NCBI GenBank assembly: GCA_947499735.1
Contig: CANMPP010000006.1
Span: 100,966-164,965, forward strand
DNA length: 64,000 nucleotides
Direction: 5' to 3'
Source: an uncultured Pelagimonas sp.
Lineage (GTDB): Bacteria; Pseudomonadota; Alphaproteobacteria; Rhodobacterales; Rhodobacteraceae
The notes under the pieces are model-generated. The model was not told the origin of the DNA. It did not search any database and was given only the letters and a program-made list of their open reading frames with translations. Below are positions 18,675-28,649 of the stretch, piece by piece (position 1 is the stretch's first letter; each line of letters starts with the position of its first letter). The position numbers and the translations under genes are program-made.

Positions 18675-20987
18675 ATGCCTGTTTCTGACCAATCTCGAAT
18701 TTTGCGAGAGCGCCTTGCGCCAAGAATGTTGTCTTTGTGGAAGGCTTTATCGCCTTTGCAAAGCGTCGTTTCATTTATGAACACGGGGGCGCATCCTGAT
18801 GATGAAACATCGGCGATGTTGGCGGCCTTGGGCCTTCGGGATGGGCTGGATCTTAGCTATTGTTGCTCGACACGCGGTGAAGGTGGGCAAAACGACATCG
18901 GAACAGAGGTTGGCGCGGCTCTTGGCGCGCTGCGTACCGCAGAAATGGAACGGGCCTGCGATGTTTTGAACATGCGGATGTATTGGCTCTGCCCTGATCC
19001 GAATGACCCGGTGACGGATTTCGGGTTTTCCAAATCGGGCAAAGAGACATTGGAAAAATGGGGACGCAAGCGAACTTTGCGTCGTTTTGCGCGCGTATTG
19101 CGCATGGAACGTCCTGACATTTTGTGCCCGACCTTCCTTGATATTCCCGGACAACACGGCCATCACCGCGCCATGACGGATGCCGCCCATAAAGTTATGG
19201 ATCTTGCGGCAGATCCGAAATTCGATACAGGCGGGCATGCGCCCTGGCAGGTCAAAAAGCTTTATCTGCCGGCGTGGTCTGGTGCGGGCCAAGCCTATGA
19301 CGATGATTTGCCTCCGCCGCCAGCAACATTGACGATTCAGGCAAAAGGTTTCGATCCCGTTTCTGGGGCAAGTTATGAACGCATTGGCCAACAATCTCGG
19401 TCCTATCATCGCACCCAAGGTATGGGAAAATGGATCGAGATTGGGGATGAACGCAACTGGCCACTGCATTTGGCCGATAGTCGTGTTGACGGGCCAGATT
19501 TGGATCTAACATCAGGCCTGCCCAAAACGCTGCGGGATTTGGGGCTTGGGTCGATACAAGATCACCTAGATGCAGCCCGCGCCGCCTTTCCTGATTATGA
19601 TCGGGTGGCGAAAGAGGCCTGCGAGGCGCTGCGCCTTTTGCAAAACTGCGATGTAACGCCCGAATATGCCCATCGTATCGCGCGCAAAATAACGCAAGTT
19701 TCGACAGTCATTCGCATCGCGGCGGGCGTTCAAGTTGAGGCGCGATTAGAGCAGGACCAGCTGGCGCCGGGAGATGAAAGCGCAGTCCATTTTGGTGTGC
19801 GCAACGGGTCGGCCGATTTGGTGTCGACGCAGGTGATCACGACACCAGGTTGGCGTGCGACAGAAGTATCTTTGGTCAATGATAGCGCTGGCCCCAGTGA
19901 TCCTTACCCAAACCGGTATTTGCCAGATACGCCTTGTGCACCTTGTGTGTGCGTAGAGACAACGGTTCACGGTGTGACCAGCACCACACGTGTCGCGTTT
20001 GAAACGCCCCCGCTTTCTGTTCCGCCGGTTGTCACGTCTCTGGCACCGCGAGCGGGCGTGATAAATCTGCGCGCAGACAACAGAACCTTGTCAGTCGCAG
20101 CACGCTCTATTCACCCCACACATGGAAAGGTCACTCTACATCTGCCAGAAGGGTGGACGGCCGTGCGGACCGAGGCGGGATTTGATCTAAGCATCCCCAA
20201 GGCCGTTTCCCCCGGTGCCTATTTGGTGCCGATCTATGTGGATAACCAGCCAGCGCAATTGGTCGAGACGATCGCATATGATCATATTGCGCCTCGCACG
20301 CTGTCTACGCCGGCTGTCTTGCAAGTCCAAGTGATTGAAGCAGACCTTCCGCAAGGACGGTTGGGCTATATCGGCGGCGGGAATGATACGGTGGATCAGT
20401 CAATTCGGGCGATGGGTTTGTCTATTGACGCGTTGGAAGATGCAGATTTGATCAGCGATACGGCTTTGGCCGAATTTGATACATTGGTGATTGGAATCTT
20501 TGCGCTGCGTTTTCGGCGTGGCCTGGCCGAGGCGATGCCCCGTATCCATCAATGGGTCGAAAACGGTGGAACGCTTGTCACCCTGTATCACCGTCCTTGG
20601 GACAATTGGTCGTCTGATACAACACCGCCGCGCCCGTTGGAGATCGGCCAACCTTCGCTACGTTGGCGCGTAACTGATGAAACTTCGGCGGTCACACAGC
20701 TGACGGATCATCCGATCCTGTCTTATCCAAATGCTATTGGCCGAACCGATTGGGATGGGTGGTACAAAGAGCGGGGGCTGTATTTTGCGAAATCATGGGA
20801 TGCGGCCTATACGCCTCTGCTAAAGATGGCAGATCCGGGCGAAGCGCCACATCAAGGTGCTTTGCTTAGCGCAGATATAGGCAAAGGGCGGCATATCCAT
20901 TGCGCCCTGATCCTGCATCTTCAAATGGCAAAACTGGTGCCCGGCGCGTTTCGATTGATGGCCAATATACTTGCACCCAGACAGTGA
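18675..20987 (+). CDS. Large PIG-L/LmbE-family deacetylase with a C-terminal extension
   Basis: LmbE signature NTGAHPDDET near the N-terminus. Total length is 770 aa. The C-terminal ~200 aa (LVIGIFALRF...ENGGTLVTLYH) looks like a class-I amidotransferase/ThuA-type fold, which is inference. The start could instead be the ATG at 18726. Confidence 0.75.
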   Translation: MPVSDQSRILRERLAPRMLSLWKALSPLQSVVSFMNTGAHPDDETSAMLAALGLRDGLDLSYCCSTRGEGGQNDIGTEVGAALGALRTAEMERACDVLNMRMYWLCPDPNDPVTDFGFSKSGKETLEKWGRKRTLRRFARVLRMERPDILCPTFLDIPGQHGHHRAMTDAAHKVMDLAADPKFDTGGHAPWQVKKLYLPAWSGAGQAYDDDLPPPPATLTIQAKGFDPVSGASYERIGQQSRSYHRTQGMGKWIEIGDERNWPLHLADSRVDGPDLDLTSGLPKTLRDLGLGSIQDHLDAARAAFPDYDRVAKEACEALRLLQNCDVTPEYAHRIARKITQVSTVIRIAAGVQVEARLEQDQLAPGDESAVHFGVRNGSADLVSTQVITTPGWRATEVSLVNDSAGPSDPYPNRYLPDTPCAPCVCVETTVHGVTSTTRVAFETPPLSVPPVVTSLAPRAGVINLRADNRTLSVAARSIHPTHGKVTLHLPEGWTAVRTEAGFDLSIPKAVSPGAYLVPIYVDNQPAQLVETIAYDHIAPRTLSTPAVLQVQVIEADLPQGRLGYIGGGNDTVDQSIRAMGLSIDALEDADLISDTALAEFDTLVIGIFALRFRRGLAEAMPRIHQWVENGGTLVTLYHRPWDNWSSDTTPPRPLEIGQPSLRWRVTDETSAVTQLTDHPILSYPNAIGRTDWDGWYKERGLYFAKSWDAAYTPLLKMADPGEAPHQGALLSADIGKGRHIHCALILHLQMAKLVPGAFRLMANILAPRQ

Positions 20988-21015
20988 TCTGCCATGTTGC
21001 CCGGTGTCTACTGGC

Positions 21016-22317
21016 CTATGTGACAGGTCCTGTGCGTGTCACGGGCAATGCGTGTGTCAGAATGGATCCCATTTCAAAATAGGACGCACGTAGGGATCTA
21101 AGCCGTTCTTTGTACGTATCGCTGATGGCGATGGGCAGTGCATCATATTCGTCAAAGAGCAAAGCACGCGCAGCGGATTTGCCAAAGACCGTGCCGGGGC
21201 CAATACCCCGCCCAGAAAAGCCAAAGATCGATACGGCATTGGGGCCAAGACGCACAACTTTTGGAATGTGGTCGGATGTCATCGCGATGCGGCCATGCCA
21301 TTGATGTTCGAATTCCAGATTGGCCAATTCCGGGTAATAACTGGCCAATTTGCGTCTGGCCCAAGCGGCATGAATAGCCGATCCGGGACCTGCTTCGTTG
21401 CCGATGCCGCCAATAATCAAACGACCTTCTTCATTCAGACGGATCGATGTCATAACCAGGGCTGTGTCCCAACACCCCTCACCACCCGGCAAAATGTGCT
21501 GGCGTTGGGCATCGGTCAGGGGCTTTGTCGCGAATTGTGAATAGGCGACCGGAACAAATTCTGATTGGCTCACACCATTCAGGCCGTTCAGATAGGCGTT
21601 GGTGGCCAAGAGAACGTATTTTGCCGAAACGACATGTCCGTTAGCCGAGGCCTGCCATATCCCATTTTCATAGGAAAGATCTGAGACCTTCGTCTGGTCA
21701 AAAATCTGTGCGCCTGCCTTAGCTGCGGCTTGTGCCAGACCTCGACAATAGGCCAGCGGTTGAATGGTTCCTGCGCGAGGATCGAACAACGCGCCGTGAA
21801 ACGCGTTCGATCCCGTGCGTGCTTTTGTTTCGTTCGCGTCAAGCAATTGCAGGGGCGCGCCATATTGATTGCCCTGGCGAAACCGCGCTTCGAGATCCTT
21901 TAACCCTGAGGGAGCATGGGCCAGATGCAAGGTGCCATTGCGTATCGCAGAACACGAAATCCCTTCCCGATCAATCAATGAAAAGACGTCATTTGGAGCT
22001 GCGCCCAAAGTTTGTATAAGCTTGTCGCCTGCGGTTTTTCCAAGCTTTTTGATGATCTCTTTGGGCGGCAGCCAGAGGCCTGCATTGACCAACCCGACAT
22101 TGCGCCCAGAGCCGCCATGCCCGATGGTTTGGGCTTCTAAAACTGCGACGCGCGCGCCTGATTTTGCGGCCTCCAAAGCGGCAGAGCATCCGGTAAATCC
22201 ACCCCCAATTATCAGCAGATCGACATCAATCTTCTGATCTAAAGCGGGATAAACGTTACCGGTCTGATGACTGGCGCGCCAGAGGTTTTGGTCTGACTCA
22301 GACGTCAAATTTGACAC
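21016..22317 (-). CDS. FAD-dependent oxidoreductase (DAO family; pipecolate oxidase or gamma-glutamylamine oxidase-like)
   Basis: Rossmann motif DLLIIGGGFTGCSAALEAA. The track start at 22317 is actually GTG. The TTG at 22308 has better spacing to AAGGTG. Either start overlaps the ALDH gene by 11-20 nt. Confidence 0.8.
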   Translation of the reverse strand: MSNLTSESDQNLWRASHQTGNVYPALDQKIDVDLLIIGGGFTGCSAALEAAKSGARVAVLEAQTIGHGGSGRNVGLVNAGLWLPPKEIIKKLGKTAGDKLIQTLGAAPNDVFSLIDREGISCSAIRNGTLHLAHAPSGLKDLEARFRQGNQYGAPLQLLDANETKARTGSNAFHGALFDPRAGTIQPLAYCRGLAQAAAKAGAQIFDQTKVSDLSYENGIWQASANGHVVSAKYVLLATNAYLNGLNGVSQSEFVPVAYSQFATKPLTDAQRQHILPGGEGCWDTALVMTSIRLNEEGRLIIGGIGNEAGPGSAIHAAWARRKLASYYPELANLEFEHQWHGRIAMTSDHIPKVVRLGPNAVSIFGFSGRGIGPGTVFGKSAARALLFDEYDALPIAISDTYKERLRSLRASYFEMGSILTHALPVTRTGPVT

Positions 22318-23797
22318 CTTGCGCCAGTGGCAATTCGGCTGAGTAGTTCACTGTGGATGTTTGGCGGCGCATATACCCTTTCCATGCGTCGGAACCGCTT
22401 TCGCGTCCACCACCTGTTTCTTTTTCGCCGCCAAAGGCACCACCGATTTCAGCACCTGAAGGCCCGATATTCACATTCGCAATGCCGCAATCGGATCCAA
22501 CAGCGGATAGGAATGTTTCTGCTTCGCGGACATTCAACGTAAAGATACAGGATGACAGGCCTTGGGGCACATCATTTTGCAGATGGATGGCCTCTTCAAG
22601 CGTGTCATATTCCATGACGTATAGGATCGGGACGAAGGTTTCTGTCTTTACTGTTTCGGTCTGTCCGGGCATTTCGACAAGGGCGGGCGTGGCATAGGCT
22701 CCGCCAGGCACACCTTCTGTCACCGGTGCACCACCGTGAACGATGCCACCTTCCGATTTAGCAGAGGCCAGCGCGGCCTGCATGGCATCCAACGCTCCTT
22801 GACCCACCAATGGGCCAATCAATGTGCCATCAATGCGGGGGTCACCAATTGGCAGGCTTGCATAGGCGGCCGCCAGTTTTTCAACCAGATCAGCTTTGAT
22901 GGATTTGTGAACGATCAGGCGGCGCAATGTTGTACAACGCTGACCTGCGGTTCCCACAGCTGAGAACACAATCCCGCGGATGGCCATGTCCAAATCGGCA
23001 GACGGGGCGACGATCATCGCATTGTTGCCGCCCAATTCAAGGATAGAACGTCCAAAACGTGACGCAACCTTGGGGGCAACAATTTGGCCCATGCGCGTTG
23101 ATCCTGTCGCAGAAATAATCGGAACGTCTTTGCTGTCGACTATAGCTTCGCCGATATCGGCCCCGCCAATCACCAATTGATGTAGGTCCGCCGGGGCATC
23201 ATCACCAAATCGCGCAAGCGCGCGGCCCAGAATTTTCTGGCAGGCCATCGCGGTTAGAGGCGTTTTTTCGGATGGTTTCCAGATTACGGGATTGCCGCAA
23301 ATCAGCGCCAACGCAGTGTTCCAAGACCAGACAGCCACAGGAAAGTTAAACGCAGAAATCACACCACAAGGTCCCATTGGGTGCCATGTCTCGGACATTT
23401 TATGGCCGGGGCGTTCAGAGGCAATCGTCAAACCGTAAAGCTGACGGGACTGACCGACGGCAAAGTCGCAAATGTCGATCATTTCCTGAACTTCGCCCAG
23501 ACCTTCTGAGGTGATTTTCCCGGCTTCCAACGTCACCAAAGCGCCCAATGCGTCTTTGGATGCCCGCAACTCTTCGCCCAGCAAACGCACCAATTCACCA
23601 CGACGCGGTGCCGGTACGCTGCGCCATTCTTTAAACGCAGCTTGGGATTTTGCGATGACATCGGCCATGTCGGCGGCGGGTGTTTCAGCAATACATGCGA
23701 CCTCTGCCCCATCAATCGGGGATGTGACGGTCAAAGAACCGCCTGTCAGCTCTGCTTCGGTAAAACCAAGTGTTTTCAAAACAGTTGCATGGTCCAT
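22298..23797 (-). CDS. amaB: ALDH7-family aldehyde dehydrogenase (piperideine-6-carboxylate / 2-aminoadipate semialdehyde dehydrogenase)
   Basis: EGLGEVQEMIDICDFAVGQSRQLYG matches the antiquitin/ALDH7 hallmark (GEVQE..DICD.AVG). Also ELGGNNA and the catalytic-Cys region GTAGQRCTT. Confidence 0.8.
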   Translation of the reverse strand: MDHATVLKTLGFTEAELTGGSLTVTSPIDGAEVACIAETPAADMADVIAKSQAAFKEWRSVPAPRRGELVRLLGEELRASKDALGALVTLEAGKITSEGLGEVQEMIDICDFAVGQSRQLYGLTIASERPGHKMSETWHPMGPCGVISAFNFPVAVWSWNTALALICGNPVIWKPSEKTPLTAMACQKILGRALARFGDDAPADLHQLVIGGADIGEAIVDSKDVPIISATGSTRMGQIVAPKVASRFGRSILELGGNNAMIVAPSADLDMAIRGIVFSAVGTAGQRCTTLRRLIVHKSIKADLVEKLAAAYASLPIGDPRIDGTLIGPLVGQGALDAMQAALASAKSEGGIVHGGAPVTEGVPGGAYATPALVEMPGQTETVKTETFVPILYVMEYDTLEEAIHLQNDVPQGLSSCIFTLNVREAETFLSAVGSDCGIANVNIGPSGAEIGGAFGGEKETGGGRESGSDAWKGYMRRQTSTVNYSAELPLAQGVKFDV

Positions 23798-23976
23798 TTG
23801 GAGGTCTCCAATCTAAAAGTAGTCCGAGATGCGGGGCACATCAAAGCCACCGCACGTTTGCCGGCATCCTGTGCCTTCTGTCACCTTGGTTCAACACCTT
23901 GCGCTGATTGTCGCGTGAAATAATGCGCAGGTGATTAAGCAAAGCGCAGCGCGCTGAGCGATGGAAATGTGTGATC

Positions 23977-25251
23977 CTAGTGTTTGTGAATGAAACGGTT
24001 TGGGTCAAAGGGGCTGGGGTCTAGAGCACAGTCCCGACCCATCACCAAATCCGACAATATGCGCCCAGTTCCTGTACCTGACATAAAGCCGATATGTTGA
24101 TGGCCAAAGCCCAAGGCAATTTTGCGCGATCCCGGTGCCCAACCAATCACAGGGCGGCTGTCTGGAAACGTCGGACGACTGCCCATCCAAGTTTGGTCAT
24201 CCGCGCGATGCCCCAGATCAATCGCCTGACGCGCGGCCTGTTCGGCCTGTTTCAACTGCTGCCAATTCTCAGGAGCGTTTTGATCTGCCAATTCCACCCC
24301 GGTCGTCATACGAAGACCTGCCTGCATGGGTGCTAAAACATAGCCCCCCGACGTGTCATAGATGGGCCGCCCGAGGGACGATGACTGTGTGGTTGCGTCA
24401 TTCGTTGCGCCTGAAAAATGGCGATGGTAGCCGCGTTCATAGGCCATGCGCACCGAATAACCGTTTGCTTCTAGAAACGGTTTGGCCCAAGGGCCTGTGC
24501 AAATGACCACTTTCTCGGCAGCAAAGTGGTGACCATCACGACAGGTCAAAGATACGCCTGTTTCCGTTTCTGAAAGCGTGCTGGCCTCTGCCCGCTTAAT
24601 ATCGCCGCCCGCAGCTGAAAATGCCCGTGCATAGGCCGACACAATAGCGCCGGGGTTGTTTACGGAATAGCTGCCCTTGATCCAAACTGCCCGTTTGAAA
24701 ATCGGGGCAAGGCAGGGTTCTAGATTTTGGATGTCGTCTGCGTCTAAAATTTCAAACGGCACGTCATGTGCTGTCATAATATCGCGATTGGCTTGGGACG
24801 CGGTGAATCCCTTTTCGGCACGATACAAATGAACCCAACCTTTATCAGACAGATGATCAGTCAGGCCGAATTCTTGCATAAAAGACAAATGCGCCTGAAT
24901 GGAATACGTGACCAGCTGGTTGAGGGCGGTTGCGGTTTCTAGACAGCGCGCAGGGCGGGCATTTGACAGAAACTGGAACAGCCAAGGTAAATGACGCAGC
25001 AGGAACTGCGGATCATACCTGATCGCTGCGGTTTTGTTCATAGCGAAATGCGGAAGGCTTTTCCAAAGGCCGGGATTGTTCAGTGGTATCAGCGACGATC
25101 GGGCCAAAATACCTGCATTGCCATAGGATGTTTCACGCCCAGGGTCCTTGCGGTCTATCAGCGTAACCTGAGCCCCGGCGCGCTGCAATGCAAGTGCGGT
25201 GCACGTGCCCACCATACCAGCGCCCAAAACGATAACCTTCTGTTGTGTCAT
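23977..25251 (-). CDS. FAD-dependent D-amino-acid dehydrogenase-like oxidoreductase
   Basis: N-terminal VIVLGAGMVGTCTALAL dinucleotide-binding motif. 424 aa, DadA-like length. Confidence 0.8.
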   Translation of the reverse strand: MTQQKVIVLGAGMVGTCTALALQRAGAQVTLIDRKDPGRETSYGNAGILARSSLIPLNNPGLWKSLPHFAMNKTAAIRYDPQFLLRHLPWLFQFLSNARPARCLETATALNQLVTYSIQAHLSFMQEFGLTDHLSDKGWVHLYRAEKGFTASQANRDIMTAHDVPFEILDADDIQNLEPCLAPIFKRAVWIKGSYSVNNPGAIVSAYARAFSAAGGDIKRAEASTLSETETGVSLTCRDGHHFAAEKVVICTGPWAKPFLEANGYSVRMAYERGYHRHFSGATNDATTQSSSLGRPIYDTSGGYVLAPMQAGLRMTTGVELADQNAPENWQQLKQAEQAARQAIDLGHRADDQTWMGSRPTFPDSRPVIGWAPGSRKIALGFGHQHIGFMSGTGTGRILSDLVMGRDCALDPSPFDPNRFIHKH

Positions 25252-25494
25252 GTTTTTCGCTTTCGAAATGTCTGAAACTCTGTGCCCCAGCGCGCGTTTG
25301 TAGTGCTATTGTAAGCTATGCGCGCTTTGCTTTGTGCGGCCAGCCTATTGTGATCTATGTGATCATTTTGGCCATCAGCGGGACGTTCTTTAGGCAGAAC
25401 CTGTCTGGTCCTGCGTTTGACGCAGGGTTGATGACAACATGGTCACCTGCAAAATTGGATGCGCTGGTGAAAGAGTTGGATTATCCCTAGTCGA

Positions 25495-27318
25495 ATGCGA
25501 CACGCCGTTACCTATACTCTGATTGGTGCATTCGCCCTCGCGGCGCTGATTGCCGGTGCTTTGCCGCCGACCGAGGCGTATTTTTTGCGCCAAGAGCAAA
25601 CGGCAGCTGCGGGTACGCATCGTATCATTGGGCAGACATTTGATCAGGCGATGGCGCGATTTGCCCCTTTGCCTCAATTGGTGGCCGATGACCCTATTCT
25701 AAGGGATCTTTTACGTCAGCCCGACAATGCTGGGCTTGTGCCATATATCAATGAAAAGCTGCGGTTGACGGCGCGGGCGCTGGATGTCTCTGATATTTTC
25801 TTGATGGATATGCAGGGGTTTACGTTAGCGGCCAGCAATTATCGTCTTGATGAAACGTTCCTGGGTAAGAATTTTGGCTATCGCCCCTATTTTCAATCCG
25901 CGGCCCAGGGGGAAACGGTTATGTTTCACGGTTTGGGGGTCACATCCGGCGTGCGCGGTTTTTTCTTTTCATCGCCTATTTTGGACGGGATCGAAGTAAT
26001 TGGGGTGCTTGCCGTTAAGATCTCGGTTGCGGAAATAGAAGCCGCACTGGGGGAAACTGCGCGGGATGTTATCGTTGCAGATCCAAATGGAATTGCCTTT
26101 CTGTCCAGTCGTGCGGACTATCGCATGCGTGCGCTTGCGCCGCTGAGCGAAGGGCAAAGGCGGGATATTACACAAACGCGCCAGTTCCCGATGGGGGCCA
26201 TCACCCCATTGCCGTTATCAGCAGGCTTGATTGCAGATGGTGTGGTCGAATTGCGGCTTGGCGCGGCACCAAATGATGCGCGCTATCTTTCAACCAGCGT
26301 CCCGTTGGGTTTGGCAGGGTGGCATTCGATTGTTTTGACACCATTGGAAAGCATCCGCTTTCAGGCGTTAGGGGCGTTGGCGGTGATTGCATTGATTGTC
26401 ACAACACTGATCTTGCTGATTGTTGTTTTTTATCAACGGCGGGTCAACTTTATGGATCGCTTGCGGCTGATCCAAGATCAAAGCGCGAAATTAGAGCAAA
26501 CTGTCAGATTGCGTACGGCAGATTTGGACGCAACGAATGCATCTCTTTTGGTGGAAATTGCCGAACGAAAGGCCACTGAGGATCAGTTGCGGAAATCTCA
26601 AAAAGAGCTCATTCAGGCAGGGAAATTGGCGGCGCTGGGCAAGATGTCGGCGGCCTTGTCCCATGAAATCAATCAGCCACTGGGTGCGGTTAAGTCCTAT
26701 GCGTACAATGCGGGTCAGTTTTTGGACCGAGGACGATCGCAAGAGGCGCGGCAAAACATCGAACGGATTTCGGAAATGACGGATCGCATGACGAAGATCG
26801 CAAAAGATCTGCGTGTCTTCGCGCGTATGCCCGGCGATCAGCTTCGTGCTGTTCCGATCGGTAGAACGATTCAGGATGCCCTAAACGTGTCCGCACCACA
26901 AATGCGCGAGCAAAAAGTACAGGTTCATTTTGAACCTCCGGTGACTGAGGTGTTTGGTATTGGCGGCGGGTTGCGCCTACAGCAGGTCATCGTGAATTTG
27001 CTCAACAATGCGGCGGATGCCATGGCGCAGATGTCCCATAAGCGCATCGAGGTCATGGCAATCGCTGCGGCCGATCAGGTCAGTGTTGTTGTTCGTGATT
27101 TCGGCCCTGGGCTAACCGAGGAGGGCAGGGATCAAGTGTTTGATGCCTTCTACACGACCAAGGAAGCAGGGGCTGGCATGGGTTTGGGTCTGTCCATTTC
27201 CTACAATATTATTGAGGATTTTGGCGGGGCGATGCATGTAGAAAACCACGCAGACGGTGGCGCTGTTTTCACGGTTGTCTTGAAACGCGCTAATATGGAT
27301 GCGGAGGTAGAGCGATGA
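25495..27318 (+). CDS. Sensor histidine kinase, DctB-like (periplasmic sensor + HisKA + HATPase)
   Basis: Two TM segments flank a ~270-aa periplasmic domain. H-box MSAALSHEINQPL, N-box LLNNAADAM and G-boxes DFGPG / GMGLGL are visible. Confidence 0.8.
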   Translation: MRHAVTYTLIGAFALAALIAGALPPTEAYFLRQEQTAAAGTHRIIGQTFDQAMARFAPLPQLVADDPILRDLLRQPDNAGLVPYINEKLRLTARALDVSDIFLMDMQGFTLAASNYRLDETFLGKNFGYRPYFQSAAQGETVMFHGLGVTSGVRGFFFSSPILDGIEVIGVLAVKISVAEIEAALGETARDVIVADPNGIAFLSSRADYRMRALAPLSEGQRRDITQTRQFPMGAITPLPLSAGLIADGVVELRLGAAPNDARYLSTSVPLGLAGWHSIVLTPLESIRFQALGALAVIALIVTTLILLIVVFYQRRVNFMDRLRLIQDQSAKLEQTVRLRTADLDATNASLLVEIAERKATEDQLRKSQKELIQAGKLAALGKMSAALSHEINQPLGAVKSYAYNAGQFLDRGRSQEARQNIERISEMTDRMTKIAKDLRVFARMPGDQLRAVPIGRTIQDALNVSAPQMREQKVQVHFEPPVTEVFGIGGGLRLQQVIVNLLNNAADAMAQMSHKRIEVMAIAAADQVSVVVRDFGPGLTEEGRDQVFDAFYTTKEAGAGMGLGLSISYNIIEDFGGAMHVENHADGGAVFTVVLKRANMDAEVER

Positions 27319-28649
27319 ACAACCCGCAGATTCTCTATATTGATGATGAACCGCACCTACGGCTTGCGGCAAGTCAGACATTTGATTTGGCTGGTTTAAC
27401 CTGCGAGGTGCTGGAACATGCCGATCTGGCATTGGACCGTATCAAAGGTGGGTTCGATGGTGTTGTTGTTTCCGACATTCGTATGCCAGATATGGATGGT
27501 GTTACCTTCATGGAAAAAGCGCTGGCATTAAAGCCAGACTTGGCGGTTATTTTGGTAACGGGCTACGGTGATGTGGCCTTGGCGGTCGAATGCATCAAAA
27601 ACGGCGCGTATGATTTTTTGGAGAAACCCTGTGATCCAGAACGCCTGCTTGCCTGTGTGCGGCGGGCGATTGAACGAGGTCGTTTATTGCGGGAAAATGC
27701 GCGGCTGAAAGATCGGGTTGGAACGGGCGATGTCATTGCAAAGGAATTGCCGGGCCGCAGCGTGATTATGAAAGATCTGCGCATTACGTTAAAAACGGTG
27801 GCTGCGACAGATGCGGATGTGCTAATCACCGGTGCGACCGGCACAGGCAAAGAACACGCGGCCCGGGCCTTGCATGCAGCCAGTGCGCGGGCGCAGAAAC
27901 CGTTTGTCCATATCAACTGTGCTGCATTGCCTGATGCCCTCATTGAGAGCGAGCTGTTTGGCCATGAGGCAGGCGCTTTCCCCGGTGCGACACGCGCACG
28001 GTTTGGCAAATTCGAACACGCTCGGGGTGGGATTTTATGCCTGGATGAAATCGATTCATTGGCGATGCCGATGCAGGGCAAGCTTTTGGATGTGCTGCAC
28101 AACCGGGTGATCACGCGGTTGGGGTCAAATGATCCTGTACCTTTAGATATCCGTGTGGTGGCCTTGTCCAAAACGGATCTGGTGCACGCCAGCGAACAAG
28201 GGCTTTTTCGGGCCGACCTGCTTTATCGATTGAATGTGGTCAGTATTGATCTGCCTCCTTTGACCAACAGGCGCGAAGATATCCCATTGCTTTATTCGCT
28301 TTTGTTACAGGATGCGGCTGATCGGGTGGACCAACCGGTTCCTGCGTTACAAGCACATGAACTGGTGGAACTGTCATCTCGGGACTGGCCGGGGAATATT
28401 CGTGAACTGCGCAATTTCGCGGAACGACAGGTTTTGGGGCTGAATGTACAGGCCGAGCATACGCCGCCTAAGATGACATTGGCGGAACAAATGACGATTC
28501 ACGAAAAGTCTCTGATTTCTGCGGCGATTGCAGCCAGCGGAGGGCGGTTAAAAGAGGCCTATACGGCCCTCGGTCTCTCGAGAAAAACACTTTATGATAA
28601 AATGCAAAAATATGATTTGAACCGAGAAGACTTTGTAGATGAACAGTGA
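27315..28649 (+). CDS. Sigma-54-dependent response regulator, DctD/NtrC-like
   Basis: Receiver domain (DIRMPDMDG), AAA+ Walker A GATGTGKE, GAFPGA (GAFTGA-type sigma-54 contact loop) and a C-terminal HTH. It overlaps the kinase gene by 4 nt. Confidence 0.85.
   Translation: MNNPQILYIDDEPHLRLAASQTFDLAGLTCEVLEHADLALDRIKGGFDGVVVSDIRMPDMDGVTFMEKALALKPDLAVILVTGYGDVALAVECIKNGAYDFLEKPCDPERLLACVRRAIERGRLLRENARLKDRVGTGDVIAKELPGRSVIMKDLRITLKTVAATDADVLITGATGTGKEHAARALHAASARAQKPFVHINCAALPDALIESELFGHEAGAFPGATRARFGKFEHARGGILCLDEIDSLAMPMQGKLLDVLHNRVITRLGSNDPVPLDIRVVALSKTDLVHASEQGLFRADLLYRLNVVSIDLPPLTNRREDIPLLYSLLLQDAADRVDQPVPALQAHELVELSSRDWPGNIRELRNFAERQVLGLNVQAEHTPPKMTLAEQMTIHEKSLISAAIAASGGRLKEAYTALGLSRKTLYDKMQKYDLNREDFVDEQ

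Noticed and set aside
25245-25490. 81-aa ORF in the spacer between the DadA-like gene and the sensor kinase. The spacer also has a 7-bp-arm hairpin CCTGCGT-TTG-ACGCAGG at 25410-25426.
   Set aside because: The ORF has no ribosome-binding site and Cys-rich, odd composition, so it is probably non-coding promoter DNA. The hairpin is real in the sequence but too generic to call as a feature.
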